Positions 54,551 to 63,720 of a stretch of DNA of 64,000 nucleotides are shown one piece after another. The stretch lies in IMG/VR virus record IMGVR_UViG_3300020186_000013, positions 1 through 64,000 of that record. One strand, 5' to 3'. The stretch's first letter is position 1; each line of letters begins with the position of its first letter. The notes under the pieces were generated by a model. That model did not search any database and had not been told where the DNA came from. It saw nothing but the letters and a program-made list of their open reading frames with translations. Both the position numbers and the translations under genes were made by a program.

Positions 54551-55716
54551 CTCTGTCAGACCACGTCTCCGACGTGAACGGTGAGGAACTGTCCAGGCTG
54601 AGTAAGCTGTACGAGTTCCCCGACTTCGTAAAAAAAGCCAACATGGACCAGGTGTTCAGGCCGAACGACCTGGCCGTCACGGTCTATGCCGACCCCATCC
54701 GCAAGCAGTTCCCCTGCCACAACGCCGCCTCAACCTGGCTGAGCACGGTCTACTTCACCGAGAAGAAGGCCGAGTTCCACCCCAAGGACCAGGTCCGCAT
54801 CAAGCAGCGGCTCGACCACTACGTCGGGTACTGGCGGATCAAGGAGTCGGTCGACAAATATATGGTCAAGCACGCAGAGTATAACAAGGACGCCGAAGCA
54901 GGTCTGCCCGACTCGTCATACGCCTTCGTCTGGACCGACAACGAGACCGGGCGGAAGGACCGTCACCTGCGGATGGTCAACGCCCGTGAGGTCAAGGCGG
55001 CAGCTGATTACCTGCACGAGTACGCCGACCGGTTCACCTTCCGCGATCGTAACACGATTGCCAAGAAGATTCTCACCAAGGCCGCGAGCTTCGGTGCCGC
55101 CGTCGGTAACCGGATCGAGTTCCTGGAGAAGCAGGCCGGGCACGGCGTGTGCGACCCCGACGAGGTCGTCGCTATGCTCACCGACCGGGCCAAGCTGGCC
55201 ACCCTGCCGGCCTTGAAAGACCAGATCCTCAAGCTGGCCCACATCGTCAAGACCCAGCCACGCCAGGCCCTCACGCCCGACATGATGGTCAAGCTGGCTG
55301 AGACCGTCGACCAGATCGACCGGACGATCGGCCTGGCCGGCAAGTACACCGACAAACTGCCCCGCCCCGAAGACGTGATCTTCAAGGCGACCTTCAGCAA
55401 GGCAGCGTCCGACATCGCCGAGCACTGTGCCCTGACCTCGGGCAACATCTACAAGAAGGCCGACTTCGCCAAGATCGCCCTCGACGATGTGCGGTCCCTG
55501 TTCGGGACAGACTTCGCTGAGGAGGTCAAGGCCGGGTTGGACAAGGTCGACCCAGAGAAGATGGCCGAACTGGTCCACACCCTGCCGCGACCCGACGCCG
55601 AGCTGTTCGACCGGCTCATGTCGGACAGCGGCGTGTTCCCGCAGATGAACAAGGCCGCGAGTGCTAAGCAGGGCTTCTCGGCCCAGGAGCTTGCGGCACT
55701 CGCGGCAGGCTACTAA
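54544..55716 (+). CDS. hypothetical protein rich in KxA motifs, possible virion/head-internal protein
   Basis: 390 aa, AAGGAG upstream, strong codon bias, 15 KxA tripeptides. Confidence 0.7.
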   Translation: MPPLSDHVSDVNGEELSRLSKLYEFPDFVKKANMDQVFRPNDLAVTVYADPIRKQFPCHNAASTWLSTVYFTEKKAEFHPKDQVRIKQRLDHYVGYWRIKESVDKYMVKHAEYNKDAEAGLPDSSYAFVWTDNETGRKDRHLRMVNAREVKAAADYLHEYADRFTFRDRNTIAKKILTKAASFGAAVGNRIEFLEKQAGHGVCDPDEVVAMLTDRAKLATLPALKDQILKLAHIVKTQPRQALTPDMMVKLAETVDQIDRTIGLAGKYTDKLPRPEDVIFKATFSKAASDIAEHCALTSGNIYKKADFAKIALDDVRSLFGTDFAEEVKAGLDKVDPEKMAELVHTLPRPDAELFDRLMSDSGVFPQMNKAASAKQGFSAQELAALAAGY

Positions 55717-55970
55717 AGGTGCTGCGGACACTCGCCAAACGCGGCCGGCAGGGCACTAACCTGCCGGCCATCGTCACTTCGCCACATCTCTACGAAACTC
55801 TTCTTCAATCTGGCACCGACCGCACCGACGAACTCACCGTATCGACAGGTAAGGACACGGTCGACCGGAGGCGTCACCGTTGTCACGCCTCCGAAATCGA
55901 CCTTCTCACTTCCGCTCTCCCAACCTCGCGGCGTCAGGTGCCACTCAGTCCACTCGTTAGATAGACTCAC
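55713..55970 (-). CDS. small hypothetical protein
   Basis: EWTEWHLTPRGW. Confidence 0.55.
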   Translation of the reverse strand: MSLSNEWTEWHLTPRGWESGSEKVDFGGVTTVTPPVDRVLTCRYGEFVGAVGARLKKSFVEMWRSDDGRQVSALPAAFGECPQHL

Positions 55971-55979
55971 GGCATCCCC

Positions 55980-55995
55980 TAGAAACTGGAATCTA
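55980..55995. promoter_or_regulatory. palindromic site TAGAAACTGGAATCTA
   Basis: Identical to 1349 copy; gene junction. Confidence 0.65.
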
Positions 55996-56490
55996 CGTCA
56001 CACGACCGCTCATCTGGTGCTGGTTGCGGTCCTTGTGCTCGCCGTAGCAGAACTTGCGGGCGTACATGCCCTCCTTCGCCAGGGCGTCCAGCCACTCCGT
56101 CTCGCCCACCATGCTGTCGCCGTGCTCAAACCCGTACGCCGCCGTGGGGCTGAACATGAACCAGCCCCGCTTCTCCTTCTTCGACTCCTCGGTCAGGCAC
56201 GGCACGTACACGATACGGCAACCACATTCCAGCAGGCCGTAGATGCCGATCGCCATGTACAGGTCCGGGGCCAGCATGATGCTGCCGACGTGGGCCTCGC
56301 CACGGGTAGAGCTGTTCCACGCCTCGGCCAGCTTGAAGTCGGGGATGCCGAACGCCCGCTCCAGGCACTTCTTCCCTTTGGCACTGACGTCACACAGGAC
56401 GCGGTAACCGGTCTTGTCAGCCTCGCCCGTCAGGATGAAGATCCCGAGCTGTTCGAGGTCACGCAGGCAACTGACGACTTTCATGGTCAC
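55993..56490 (-). CDS. hypothetical protein
   Basis: LTGEAD..G.RVLCD phage-type motif. Confidence 0.65.
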   Translation of the reverse strand: MTMKVVSCLRDLEQLGIFILTGEADKTGYRVLCDVSAKGKKCLERAFGIPDFKLAEAWNSSTRGEAHVGSIMLAPDLYMAIGIYGLLECGCRIVYVPCLTEESKKEKRGWFMFSPTAAYGFEHGDSMVGETEWLDALAKEGMYARKFCYGEHKDRNQHQMSGRVT

Positions 56491-56996
56491 TCCTTCTTTG
56501 GCTTCTTACCCTTGCGGGCCTTCTTCACGTCGTCGCAAAACACAGTCGTCGACACCACGTCGTCGATATCGGGGTGATAGCACATACATGCTAGCCGATT
56601 GCCGTGGTAGTCAAGGAGGACTTCACCGAGCTGGTGCCCAGTGTCATCCAACGCGACCACGGAGATGCCGTACGTTTCCTGGGTCACCTTGAACGGGAGG
56701 GACGGTGCCGACGGGTTCCCCTCGTCCGTCATATGGCCACCCGCGAGCGGCTTCGTCTCTCGATCCGTCTTAGTCGGACTCGTCGGCGGGTTGGCACTGC
56801 TCCAACGGAGCAACTCCTTCGGCATCTCCGCCAGGTCGATGGACTCGACGCTCTGCATCATGATCGACATCGACCCGTCTTGGTCGTCGTGCGGGGTCAT
56901 CTCGAAACGGGTGTTACACTCAACGCAGTCCGCGATCTCCAGCTCAGGGAGGTCTTCCACGAACTGGATCGGCTTGCCACAGTTCATACAGAACAT
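56487..56996 (-). CDS. hypothetical protein, N-terminal zinc ribbon
   Basis: CMNC...CVEC. Confidence 0.55.
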   Translation of the reverse strand: MFCMNCGKPIQFVEDLPELEIADCVECNTRFEMTPHDDQDGSMSIMMQSVESIDLAEMPKELLRWSSANPPTSPTKTDRETKPLAGGHMTDEGNPSAPSLPFKVTQETYGISVVALDDTGHQLGEVLLDYHGNRLACMCYHPDIDDVVSTTVFCDDVKKARKGKKPKKE

Positions 56997-57005
56997 GTCA
57001 GACTC

Positions 57006-58175
57006 CTACTTGAAGAACGACGCCATTGCGGCGATATCGAGACCCTTCGTGATCTCCTTCTCTGCCGTTTGCAGCCGGATCAACTCGGCCTTGCTGTCTT
57101 CGATGGCCTTCACGGCCTTGGCCTGGTTCGTGCGGTTGGTCATGAGCTGATCAACCGTCTTGGACATCTCGGCGAACTTCTTCTGGTTCGCGATCAAAAT
57201 CGCGACCGGGTCGGACGCTGCTGGCGGGGTCGCTGCTGCGACGGCGGGTGTCGCAGACGGAACCACGGGCAGCACCGTGGGGACGGGGGGCGGCGGCTGG
57301 ACGACGGCACGGGGGATGGCCGCACGGGCGGCAGCTACCCGGTCGACAGCGGCCTGGTCGGAAACACCGAAATGGCTGGATGGCTTGTACGCGGGGGTGG
57401 TGCTGCGGTGCCCGTTGCCGTTGGCGTGTGGGGCGGGCGTCACTGGAACGATTACCTCCTCGGGGTCAGGCTCTTCGGTCTCTTCAGGCTCCTCCATCTC
57501 TTCGGACACCCGGCAGTCCTGTTCGCTGTCGTCGGCGTGAGCGACAAACTCCAGACCCTTCTGGGTGACCGCGTAATGAGTCTTCTCATCCTTGAGCAGA
57601 CCCAAGCACACTGCATGCTCCAGCACCTCCAACCAATGGGACACGTCGACGTCTTCTTTGGTCATCCGGCGAGCGACCTTATCGACGAACGTGTTCATGA
57701 ACTGGAACCTGCCCTCCGTAACGACCTCGTCGACAGCCTCCAGCAAGAGGACCAAGGTCAGATCGTCGACATCAAGGTCGATGTGGTCGACGCACCGCGA
57801 CTCGGCCGTCTGTGCTCGTTCCTGCTTGAGCTTCTCGTCGAGGAGTTTATACACGTCCTCCGGGGTCTTGTTCTTGTCTTTGGTGACGAGCAGGACGCCC
57901 TTCAACCCTGACCCGTTGTCGCCCGGCTTCAGCCAGAGGGATACACCGTTGACCACCGGTCTCCGGACTTGGATCGGCGGCGTCTTGCCACTGACCCGGA
58001 ACGGCTCCTGGATGCGGAACACCCAGTTGCCGTAGTCGAGACCGGCCTCCTGCAAGAACGTCGTCAGCATATTCGGGCCGTGATTTGTGTAGAACTTGTT
58101 CCGGGCAATGATGCTGCCCGAGGAACCGACTACACAGTCGACATGGAACGGAGCCTTGGGCATGACAGTAGCCAC
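57006..58175 (-). CDS. hypothetical protein with Pro/Ala linker and coiled-coil end
   Basis: 389 aa, GAGGAG RBS. Confidence 0.65.
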   Translation of the reverse strand: MATVMPKAPFHVDCVVGSSGSIIARNKFYTNHGPNMLTTFLQEAGLDYGNWVFRIQEPFRVSGKTPPIQVRRPVVNGVSLWLKPGDNGSGLKGVLLVTKDKNKTPEDVYKLLDEKLKQERAQTAESRCVDHIDLDVDDLTLVLLLEAVDEVVTEGRFQFMNTFVDKVARRMTKEDVDVSHWLEVLEHAVCLGLLKDEKTHYAVTQKGLEFVAHADDSEQDCRVSEEMEEPEETEEPDPEEVIVPVTPAPHANGNGHRSTTPAYKPSSHFGVSDQAAVDRVAAARAAIPRAVVQPPPPVPTVLPVVPSATPAVAAATPPAASDPVAILIANQKKFAEMSKTVDQLMTNRTNQAKAVKAIEDSKAELIRLQTAEKEITKGLDIAAMASFFK

Positions 58176-58227
58176 GGTGATCTCCTCGAAAGTGCCCGGA
58201 GCGGATGCTCCGGGCGGGGATTGGAAC

Positions 58228-58797
58228 CTACACCAGCGACGCGGTCAGAGCAGCTTCCTGCTCGACGGACCAACAAGCATAACCTGGCGTGTCCTTCGGG
58301 AAGAAGGAACGCGGGGCCACCTTCTCGCACCAGTTCTCGTGCTCGCCTTCGAGCACCCACGCATAGAAGCCCTGGAAGGCACCCTGCGTGTACTCGCTGT
58401 CGTAGTCCATCCGGCGTTCGAGGCCCTTCCGCAGGAAGTACCGGCCTCCCTCCTTGCACTCGCGGTTGAAGGACCACACGTCGGCGGCGACGGCGTACTT
58501 GTCGAGCACATCGTTCAGGCCGTCGTTGAAGCCCACCCAATCGGCACCCTCCAGCCAGCTGCCGCACCGGTGCTTCTTCTGCACGAACGGGTTGGCGATG
58601 CAGGCGTTGGGGTGCTGACCGCAGTAGTCCTTCTTCTTCTTGAGCCGCACCGTGTCAATTCGGACGATCGCCTTCCACCGGGGGTGGTACTCAGTCTCCA
58701 CCTTCGCTCGGAACCGGCTCGTCTCCAGAGCCTTGTTGATCAGCCACGCCAGGTCCCCCGGCGACCTCTTCTCCGTCTTGCTCGGCTTAATAAACAT
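58228..58797 (-). CDS. hypothetical protein
   Basis: YCGQHP..C, LEG.DWVGFND. Confidence 0.65.
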   Translation of the reverse strand: MFIKPSKTEKRSPGDLAWLINKALETSRFRAKVETEYHPRWKAIVRIDTVRLKKKKDYCGQHPNACIANPFVQKKHRCGSWLEGADWVGFNDGLNDVLDKYAVAADVWSFNRECKEGGRYFLRKGLERRMDYDSEYTQGAFQGFYAWVLEGEHENWCEKVAPRSFFPKDTPGYACWSVEQEAALTASLV

Positions 58798-59284
58798 TCG
58801 TCTTCTCCTTGGCCGCTCCTCGCGGCAGACCCAACTTGTCCCACACTTCGTCCAGGATGAACGCCGTCCGGCACTTCAGCAGGTGGTCGACCAACTCTTG
58901 CGGCTGCATCACGCGAGTGATGTACTGCTCACTAACCAGCACCCATCCGCCCGTGCGGTGGGGATTCTGCAAGTACGGGCGGAACGGCTTGTTGCCGTAT
59001 CGCATGCTGAGGTAGTGACTCTTCTCGCGTTCGTACGCCACACGGTCACGCTTGTCATCTTCCTCCGCGTTGTTCGACACTGAGATGAGGATGACCCCAC
59101 GCTTCATGTAGCCTTCGCACTTGTCGCACGGATAGTCGTCGAAGACTGTGTTGCGGGGGGCCTCCCGGTCGCCCTTCAACTCGCCCATCAGGATCAGCTC
59201 GTTCTTGGGCTCGTTGCAGAAGTAGCACAGCGGGATGCACGGGTTGACGCCGTGCTGTTTACTTATTCGGATGCTTCCGCTCAC
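58787..59284 (-). CDS. hypothetical Zn-binding protein
   Basis: GAGGAGG + GTG; HGVNP...CYFC...PCDKC. Confidence 0.65.
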   Translation of the reverse strand: MSGSIRISKQHGVNPCIPLCYFCNEPKNELILMGELKGDREAPRNTVFDDYPCDKCEGYMKRGVILISVSNNAEEDDKRDRVAYEREKSHYLSMRYGNKPFRPYLQNPHRTGGWVLVSEQYITRVMQPQELVDHLLKCRTAFILDEVWDKLGLPRGAAKEKTNVY

Positions 59285-59666
59285 GTGGCCTCCTCTTCGG
59301 TTTGTGTGGCCCCTCGTCCGGGGTGGCGGAGTTGAACCATAGGTCACTGTCGTCTTCGGGGAGGGCCGCAGCCGGGGCGTCCTTCGCCGGTTCTGGTTCT
59401 TTCTTCTTCGGTGTCGTCTTGACCTTCACGGGATAGATCTCGATCAGCCCGACGTTCGGCCCCTGCGAGACGTGCTCCAACTCAATGTCGCACGTCTCGC
59501 AGGTCCCGGAGAAGCATGCGTAGCCCTTGCCTCTCATTTGCACCACACCCCGACACTTCGGACACGGCAGGGTCAGCGTCTCGCCTCGTTTGCGTTTCGC
59601 CGCGTCCTGCTTATTGTCCGTCTGCTTGGGGAGTTTGTTCTGACCCCTTCTCCTTGGTTGGGCCAT
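59259..59666 (-). CDS. hypothetical zinc-ribbon protein
   Basis: CPKC...CETC. Confidence 0.5.
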   Translation of the reverse strand: MAQPRRRGQNKLPKQTDNKQDAAKRKRGETLTLPCPKCRGVVQMRGKGYACFSGTCETCDIELEHVSQGPNVGLIEIYPVKVKTTPKKKEPEPAKDAPAAALPEDDSDLWFNSATPDEGPHKPKRRPRERKHPNK

Positions 59667-60057
59667 TGAGTTTTTTCCGTTTAGCGTAGTGCAGGTTCTT
59701 GTACTCCGGGCGGCTTTGTAGCTCTTCCCGACACTCCTTTTGCACGGCATAGCGAGCCGCCTTGAGAAGCGGGAAGCGTGCCCTCCCGTCGTCGAGAGTG
59801 TCTATGTGCAGCGGCCCCAGTGTGCACATGTTTGCCAGCAAGGCACACGGGTACTTGGCCCACCGCAGGACTACCAGGGCGTTGTCGTCGTCGCCGTTGA
59901 GGCACCACGACGTGTCGACGCACGCATGCAGATGGCTAAGAGCCTTCAGATGGCTCCTGACGTGTCCGTTGCGGATGTCCTCGACGACCCCGTCGACGAG
60001 CTTCTGGACCTCCTCCTGGTAGAGGCCCTGCTCCTCCTGCTCTTTCAGGTCGCTCAC
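59611..60057 (-). CDS. hypothetical protein
   Basis: GTGA overlap with sigma gene stop. Confidence 0.55.
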   Translation of the reverse strand: MSDLKEQEEQGLYQEEVQKLVDGVVEDIRNGHVRSHLKALSHLHACVDTSWCLNGDDDNALVVLRWAKYPCALLANMCTLGPLHIDTLDDGRARFPLLKAARYAVQKECREELQSRPEYKNLHYAKRKKLNGPTKEKGSEQTPQADGQ

Positions 60058-60650
60058 TTGTACTCCTCCCACAGCTCGCGTGTGTGTAAGTGCATGTACT
60101 GCTCGCACTTCCGAAGTGCGTTCACGATCCTCTGTCGCACTACCTCCTTGGAGACCGGGATCGGAAACGTATTGCCGATCTCGCCGAGAGTGAGTTCATT
60201 CCAAAACCGCTCGTGGATGACGTGGCGATGCTTGGCGATCAGGTGTCGCAGCATCGTAGCGACATGGTCACGACGTTCCTCGTCCGCCAGGTGCTGCTCT
60301 CCCTCGTTGTCAACGGTCGCAAAAACGGGGGCCGTGCCGAGTACGTACGAGTTTCCTAGCTCACTGAACAATGCGACATACGGCCGACGGTAAATCCGTC
60401 CCCTGCGACGTCGTATCGTGGCGAACCAATGCTGCTCGGCCCGCCACGACAGTATCTCGAAGTACATGCACTTGACGCAGTACGTGCTGAACTTCCCCGG
60501 ACCGGGTTTTTAGTTGTTGACCGCGTGCATGTACCCGATGCCGGCCGGTCCCATTAAGTCTAAGGCAGACTCCCCCGCTCTTTTGAACCGGGTCACGGCC
60601 CAGAAGAGCAGCGGGAGGTGCTTCTCGGAGTCAATCGGTGCCGCCGTCAC
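60054..60650 (-). pseudogene. sigma70-family factor with in-frame TAA at 60510-60512
   Basis: Region 2 HLPLLFWAV...DLMG..GIG...AVNN*KPG.GKFSTY is in frame with region 4 LTLGEIG...VSKEVVRQ; GTG start coupled to upstream stop. Confidence 0.75.
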
Positions 60651-61432
60651 TTGACCACCGAGTCACCCCACCCCCACACGTGCGGCAGGCGGTCCTTGAG
60701 TTTCTGGAACGTCTTGTCGTCGACGGCGTCGCCATACGACGGCCAGATGTCCAGAAGGTAGCGGGTCTCGTCCTGGTCGGTGTCTACCGCCATGAACTCT
60801 AGTACGTCACCCGCCACGTACTTGACCTTGGTCGTGGCCGGGTACGTCTTCTCGATCCGGGGCCGCAGCCAGTCCATCAGGTGGGTGCTGCGTTCGACGA
60901 CGACGACCTCAGTCACGGACGGCTTCTCGCAGACCTTGTTGAGGAACCACCCCATGCCGAGCCCGCCGATGACCACTCGCCCCGTGGCCAGCATGAGCCC
61001 ACGCCGCTGCGTCAGGATTTCGGCCGGCGTCAGGCTCATCCACACCTTAGGCTTGTCCGACCGACTGTTGACCTCGGCCAGCACGGGGATCGTCACGTCG
61101 CCCGTGAAGAACACCCGGCCCCGTCGCCGACCCTGGCGAATGGGCAGAGCCTCGCCACGTGGCAAGATCCGGTTGCAGTACAAGAACTTGCCGCACGGAC
61201 TGTTGACCCCTTGCTTGGGGTCGACGATGTACTCCTTGGGCTTCACGGCCGGCGTGTCAAACAGCCGCTCGGGCTTAAAGGTCTTAGCCTTCAGGCACAG
61301 AGAGTCACGGAACTTCGTCTTGTCCTCGTCCCAGGCTTCCGCGTTGGGTACGAGGGTGTTCTCGAAGAAATCCTTCTCCTGCCGTTCGATCGCGTCAGCC
61401 ATTCCCTGGGACAGCAGAAACATCGGAATCAT
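60647..61432 (-). CDS. class I SAM-dependent methyltransferase-like / spermidine-synthase-like protein
   Basis: WMSLTPAE, VIGGLGMG, VVVVERS, VAGDV, LDIW. Confidence 0.7.
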   Translation of the reverse strand: MIPMFLLSQGMADAIERQEKDFFENTLVPNAEAWDEDKTKFRDSLCLKAKTFKPERLFDTPAVKPKEYIVDPKQGVNSPCGKFLYCNRILPRGEALPIRQGRRRGRVFFTGDVTIPVLAEVNSRSDKPKVWMSLTPAEILTQRRGLMLATGRVVIGGLGMGWFLNKVCEKPSVTEVVVVERSTHLMDWLRPRIEKTYPATTKVKYVAGDVLEFMAVDTDQDETRYLLDIWPSYGDAVDDKTFQKLKDRLPHVWGWGDSVVK

Positions 61433-61582
61433 CCTTCGCCTCCAAGATCGGGACCAAGCTCCTCGGGGAGCTGGTCGTTAGTTGTATCTTCATCGCACGG
61501 CGTGGCGGCTCGGGCCAGGGTCTGTTCCGAGCACGCCTCGCACCGCCCCTGGCAACATGCCTGGGGCGGGATCTCGTTCTGA

Positions 61583-61960
61583 TCACTCAACGACTAACTC
61601 CTTTTTCAGCCGCTCGACCGTCGCCAAGGCGTCGGCGAGCTGCTCCTGTTTGGTCTTAACCACCGCTTCCTTGGCGATGACCAGGTGGTTCATATGTTCC
61701 AACGTCGCGTCGACGTCTCGGCCGATCACGTCCATGATGGTGTTGGCGAAGTCCTGGGCGTAGTCCCACGTCATCTCGGATGTGCCTCCCTCGCACTCCA
61801 AGCCGCACTCTCTGAACGTGTTGTTAATCAGGGAGTGAACGGCGTCGGCAAACCAGCCGTTCATCCTAGACCGGTCGCCCACAGATGCCAGCTTCGGGCT
61901 GACTTGGACCTTGCCGCCTGGCACAACGGACAGGTAGATCGGTTTCGTCGCGTTACTCAT
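61583..61960 (-). CDS. hypothetical protein
   Basis: ATGA-coupled. Confidence 0.55.
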   Translation of the reverse strand: MSNATKPIYLSVVPGGKVQVSPKLASVGDRSRMNGWFADAVHSLINNTFRECGLECEGGTSEMTWDYAQDFANTIMDVIGRDVDATLEHMNHLVIAKEAVVKTKQEQLADALATVERLKKELVVE

Positions 61961-62244
61961 TCCTTTTGATCCTCCTCCACCCAGACGACCGGGCTGATGT
62001 GGTCCCACCCGATCTTCCGGAGGGCGTCAATCAGGTCGTCGTAGCCCCAGCTGTTGGGGCTGCTCTTCTTCACCTTGGCCAGCGTCCGGTTGATGTCGGA
62101 TATGGCCCTCGCCTTCGTCCGCACGGCAGGCGGGGCTACCGCGATGCCGTGCGGATACGTGTCGTCACCCGACTCGTCGTAGAGGGTGACGTAAATCCGC
62201 CCCTGGAAAGGCTTAGATTTGGTGTCCTTGTTCAGGAGCATCAC
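61957..62244 (-). CDS. hypothetical protein
   Basis: GGAG + GTG/ATG. Confidence 0.55.
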   Translation of the reverse strand: MMLLNKDTKSKPFQGRIYVTLYDESGDDTYPHGIAVAPPAVRTKARAISDINRTLAKVKKSSPNSWGYDDLIDALRKIGWDHISPVVWVEEDQKE

Positions 62245-62708
62245 GTCTCCTGCGTGGGGTCGTGCTCGTAGTCGTCGTCTTCCTGGTTGGCCAGCGAGTC
62301 CTTCACGAACTCCGGGTCGGCCAGGCCGATGTTCATCTCGACCGTGGCCACCCAGTAACGATCGTCGCCCTCGACGCGGAACAGCACGGTGGGGTGCATC
62401 CCCGAGCCGTCGAGCATCCGCCCGCCCGCCATGAGCACCTCCGCGATGGTGCCGCCGGGCGTGATCGACAACTCGTCGTCGTCGAGGATGACCTCGCGGA
62501 CCACGGCCGTCTTGGACAACTCGTCCGAGACCGAGTTGCCGTAGTTGATCTTCTCGCACAAGACGTCGATGTCGGACGCCGAAGGAGGGTCGACATCGTA
62601 GAAGTGGTCGCTGTCCTTCATGGCGAGCATCAGGTCTTGGTTGAAGCTCTCTTGAAGGCGTCGGAGGGCGAACAGCACGGCGGCTGTTTCCTGCTTGTTG
62701 AGTGTCAT
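62241..62708 (-). CDS. hypothetical protein
   Basis: ETAAVLFALRRLQ...IDVLCEKIN phage-type motif. Confidence 0.6.
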   Translation of the reverse strand: MTLNKQETAAVLFALRRLQESFNQDLMLAMKDSDHFYDVDPPSASDIDVLCEKINYGNSVSDELSKTAVVREVILDDDELSITPGGTIAEVLMAGGRMLDGSGMHPTVLFRVEGDDRYWVATVEMNIGLADPEFVKDSLANQEDDDYEHDPTQET

Positions 62709-62923
62709 CACAACCTTTCGGTTTGGTCCTTGTCCGCCTTGACGGACTCGGTCTCGCTGTCTTCGACGATCCACGCCTTGGCGGGGAAGCGACCCGACAG
62801 GGCTGCCTGCACGGCGTTGTGCTCGGCCTCCTGCTGCGTCGCCCCCTCGACGGTGATGTCCATCGTCGAGTCAACCTGCTCACGCCGGAGGAGGGTTACC
62901 CGCCACCGCTTTTTCTTTGCCAC
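62708..62923 (-). CDS. small hypothetical protein
   Basis: ITVEGATQQEAE motif. Confidence 0.55.
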   Translation of the reverse strand: MAKKKRWRVTLLRREQVDSTMDITVEGATQQEAEHNAVQAALSGRFPAKAWIVEDSETESVKADKDQTERL

Positions 62924-63116
62924 TGTCCTTCTCCTTGGTGTCGACCAGGAGCCACACGCGGACCCAGACCTGCTCGGTGCCCAGCGACACGTGGTCGGGC
63001 ACGTCGTGCTTGATGCCCTTCTCGGCGAGCATCTTCACGGTCGCGTCGACGTACTGCTGCTTGGTGGCCTCGCGTTGCTCGGGCGTCAACTTTTCGGGGT
63101 CGTATACGATAGGCAC
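62880..63116 (-). CDS. small hypothetical protein
   Basis: VS.G..VWVRVW motif. Confidence 0.5.
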   Translation of the reverse strand: MPIVYDPEKLTPEQREATKQQYVDATVKMLAEKGIKHDVPDHVSLGTEQVWVRVWLLVDTKEKDSGKEKAVAGNPPPA

Positions 63117-63134
63117 GTTTGGTCTCCGGGAATA

Positions 63135-63218
63135 GGGTCATGGTTTTGGAATTCCATGACCCCATAAAAAATCGAACTTAGGGTCGAGTTAGAAACCGGA
63201 TTCTATGTCGAACTTAAG
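63135..63218. promoter_or_regulatory. composite site: hairpin + TCGAACTTA box + TAGAAACCGGATTCTA palindrome + TCGAACTTA box
   Basis: GGGTCATGG/CCATGACCC stem; ATCGAACTTAG at 63171; palindrome 63190-63205; GTCGAACTTAA at 63207. Confidence 0.65.
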
Positions 63219-63720
63219 CCGGCAGCGTTTCGTCTTCGTCCTTCTCGCGGAGTTCGAGCACCCGCTTTATGGCGTCTATGTGGTCGGTTTGCTCGACGCT
63301 GCGACTACCGGCGTCCGGGAAAGCCGCCTCCCTAACAGAGAGTTCTTCCCGAAGTTCCGGGGTGGTTATCAGCTTGTACACACGGATCAACGTGTTGTCG
63401 AACTCCTCCTCTTCTTCTTCCTCGGGGTTCTCACCGAATTGCTCCGTTGCTTCGTAGCGGAGCGTATCCCAGTTGACGCCCTGCTCAGCGTCGTGGTTAC
63501 GGTTCGCCTCCCGCAGCACCTCCATGGCCTGCTCGTCGGTCAGACCGGCGTAAATGCTGTGCACGTCCCTGACGTCCCACGTGATGGCGATTTTATCTTT
63601 CCAGTAGTCCTGAAGGAGTGCCAGGACTGCCTTATTGATCGCCTTCTTGGTCTTGAGCGGCTTCGCGGTCAGCTTCGCTGCGACCAGCTCGGCCATCTTC
63701 TCCAATTGGTGGCTGTACAT
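63214..63720 (-). CDS. hypothetical protein
   Basis: IAITW...DV...LTDEQA.EVL.....HDA..GVNWD phage-type motif. Confidence 0.65.
   Translation of the reverse strand: MYSHQLEKMAELVAAKLTAKPLKTKKAINKAVLALLQDYWKDKIAITWDVRDVHSIYAGLTDEQAMEVLREANRNHDAEQGVNWDTLRYEATEQFGENPEEEEEEEFDNTLIRVYKLITTPELREELSVREAAFPDAGSRSVEQTDHIDAIKRVLELREKDEDETLPA

Noticed and set aside
58190-58232. tRNA-like 3' end (minus strand GGTTCCAATCCCCGCCCGGAGCA) with GCCCGGAGC/GCTCCGGGC hairpin
   Set aside because: No D arm or anticodon arm; upstream sequence is coding. Probably a simple intergenic stem-loop.
59315-59340. T-loop-like GGTTCAACTCC
   Set aside because: Lies within a CDS with no cloverleaf.
60510-60512. Genome-wide stop-codon reassignment
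   Set aside because: TAA, TAG and TGA all terminate well-supported genes here, and coding density is high under code 11.
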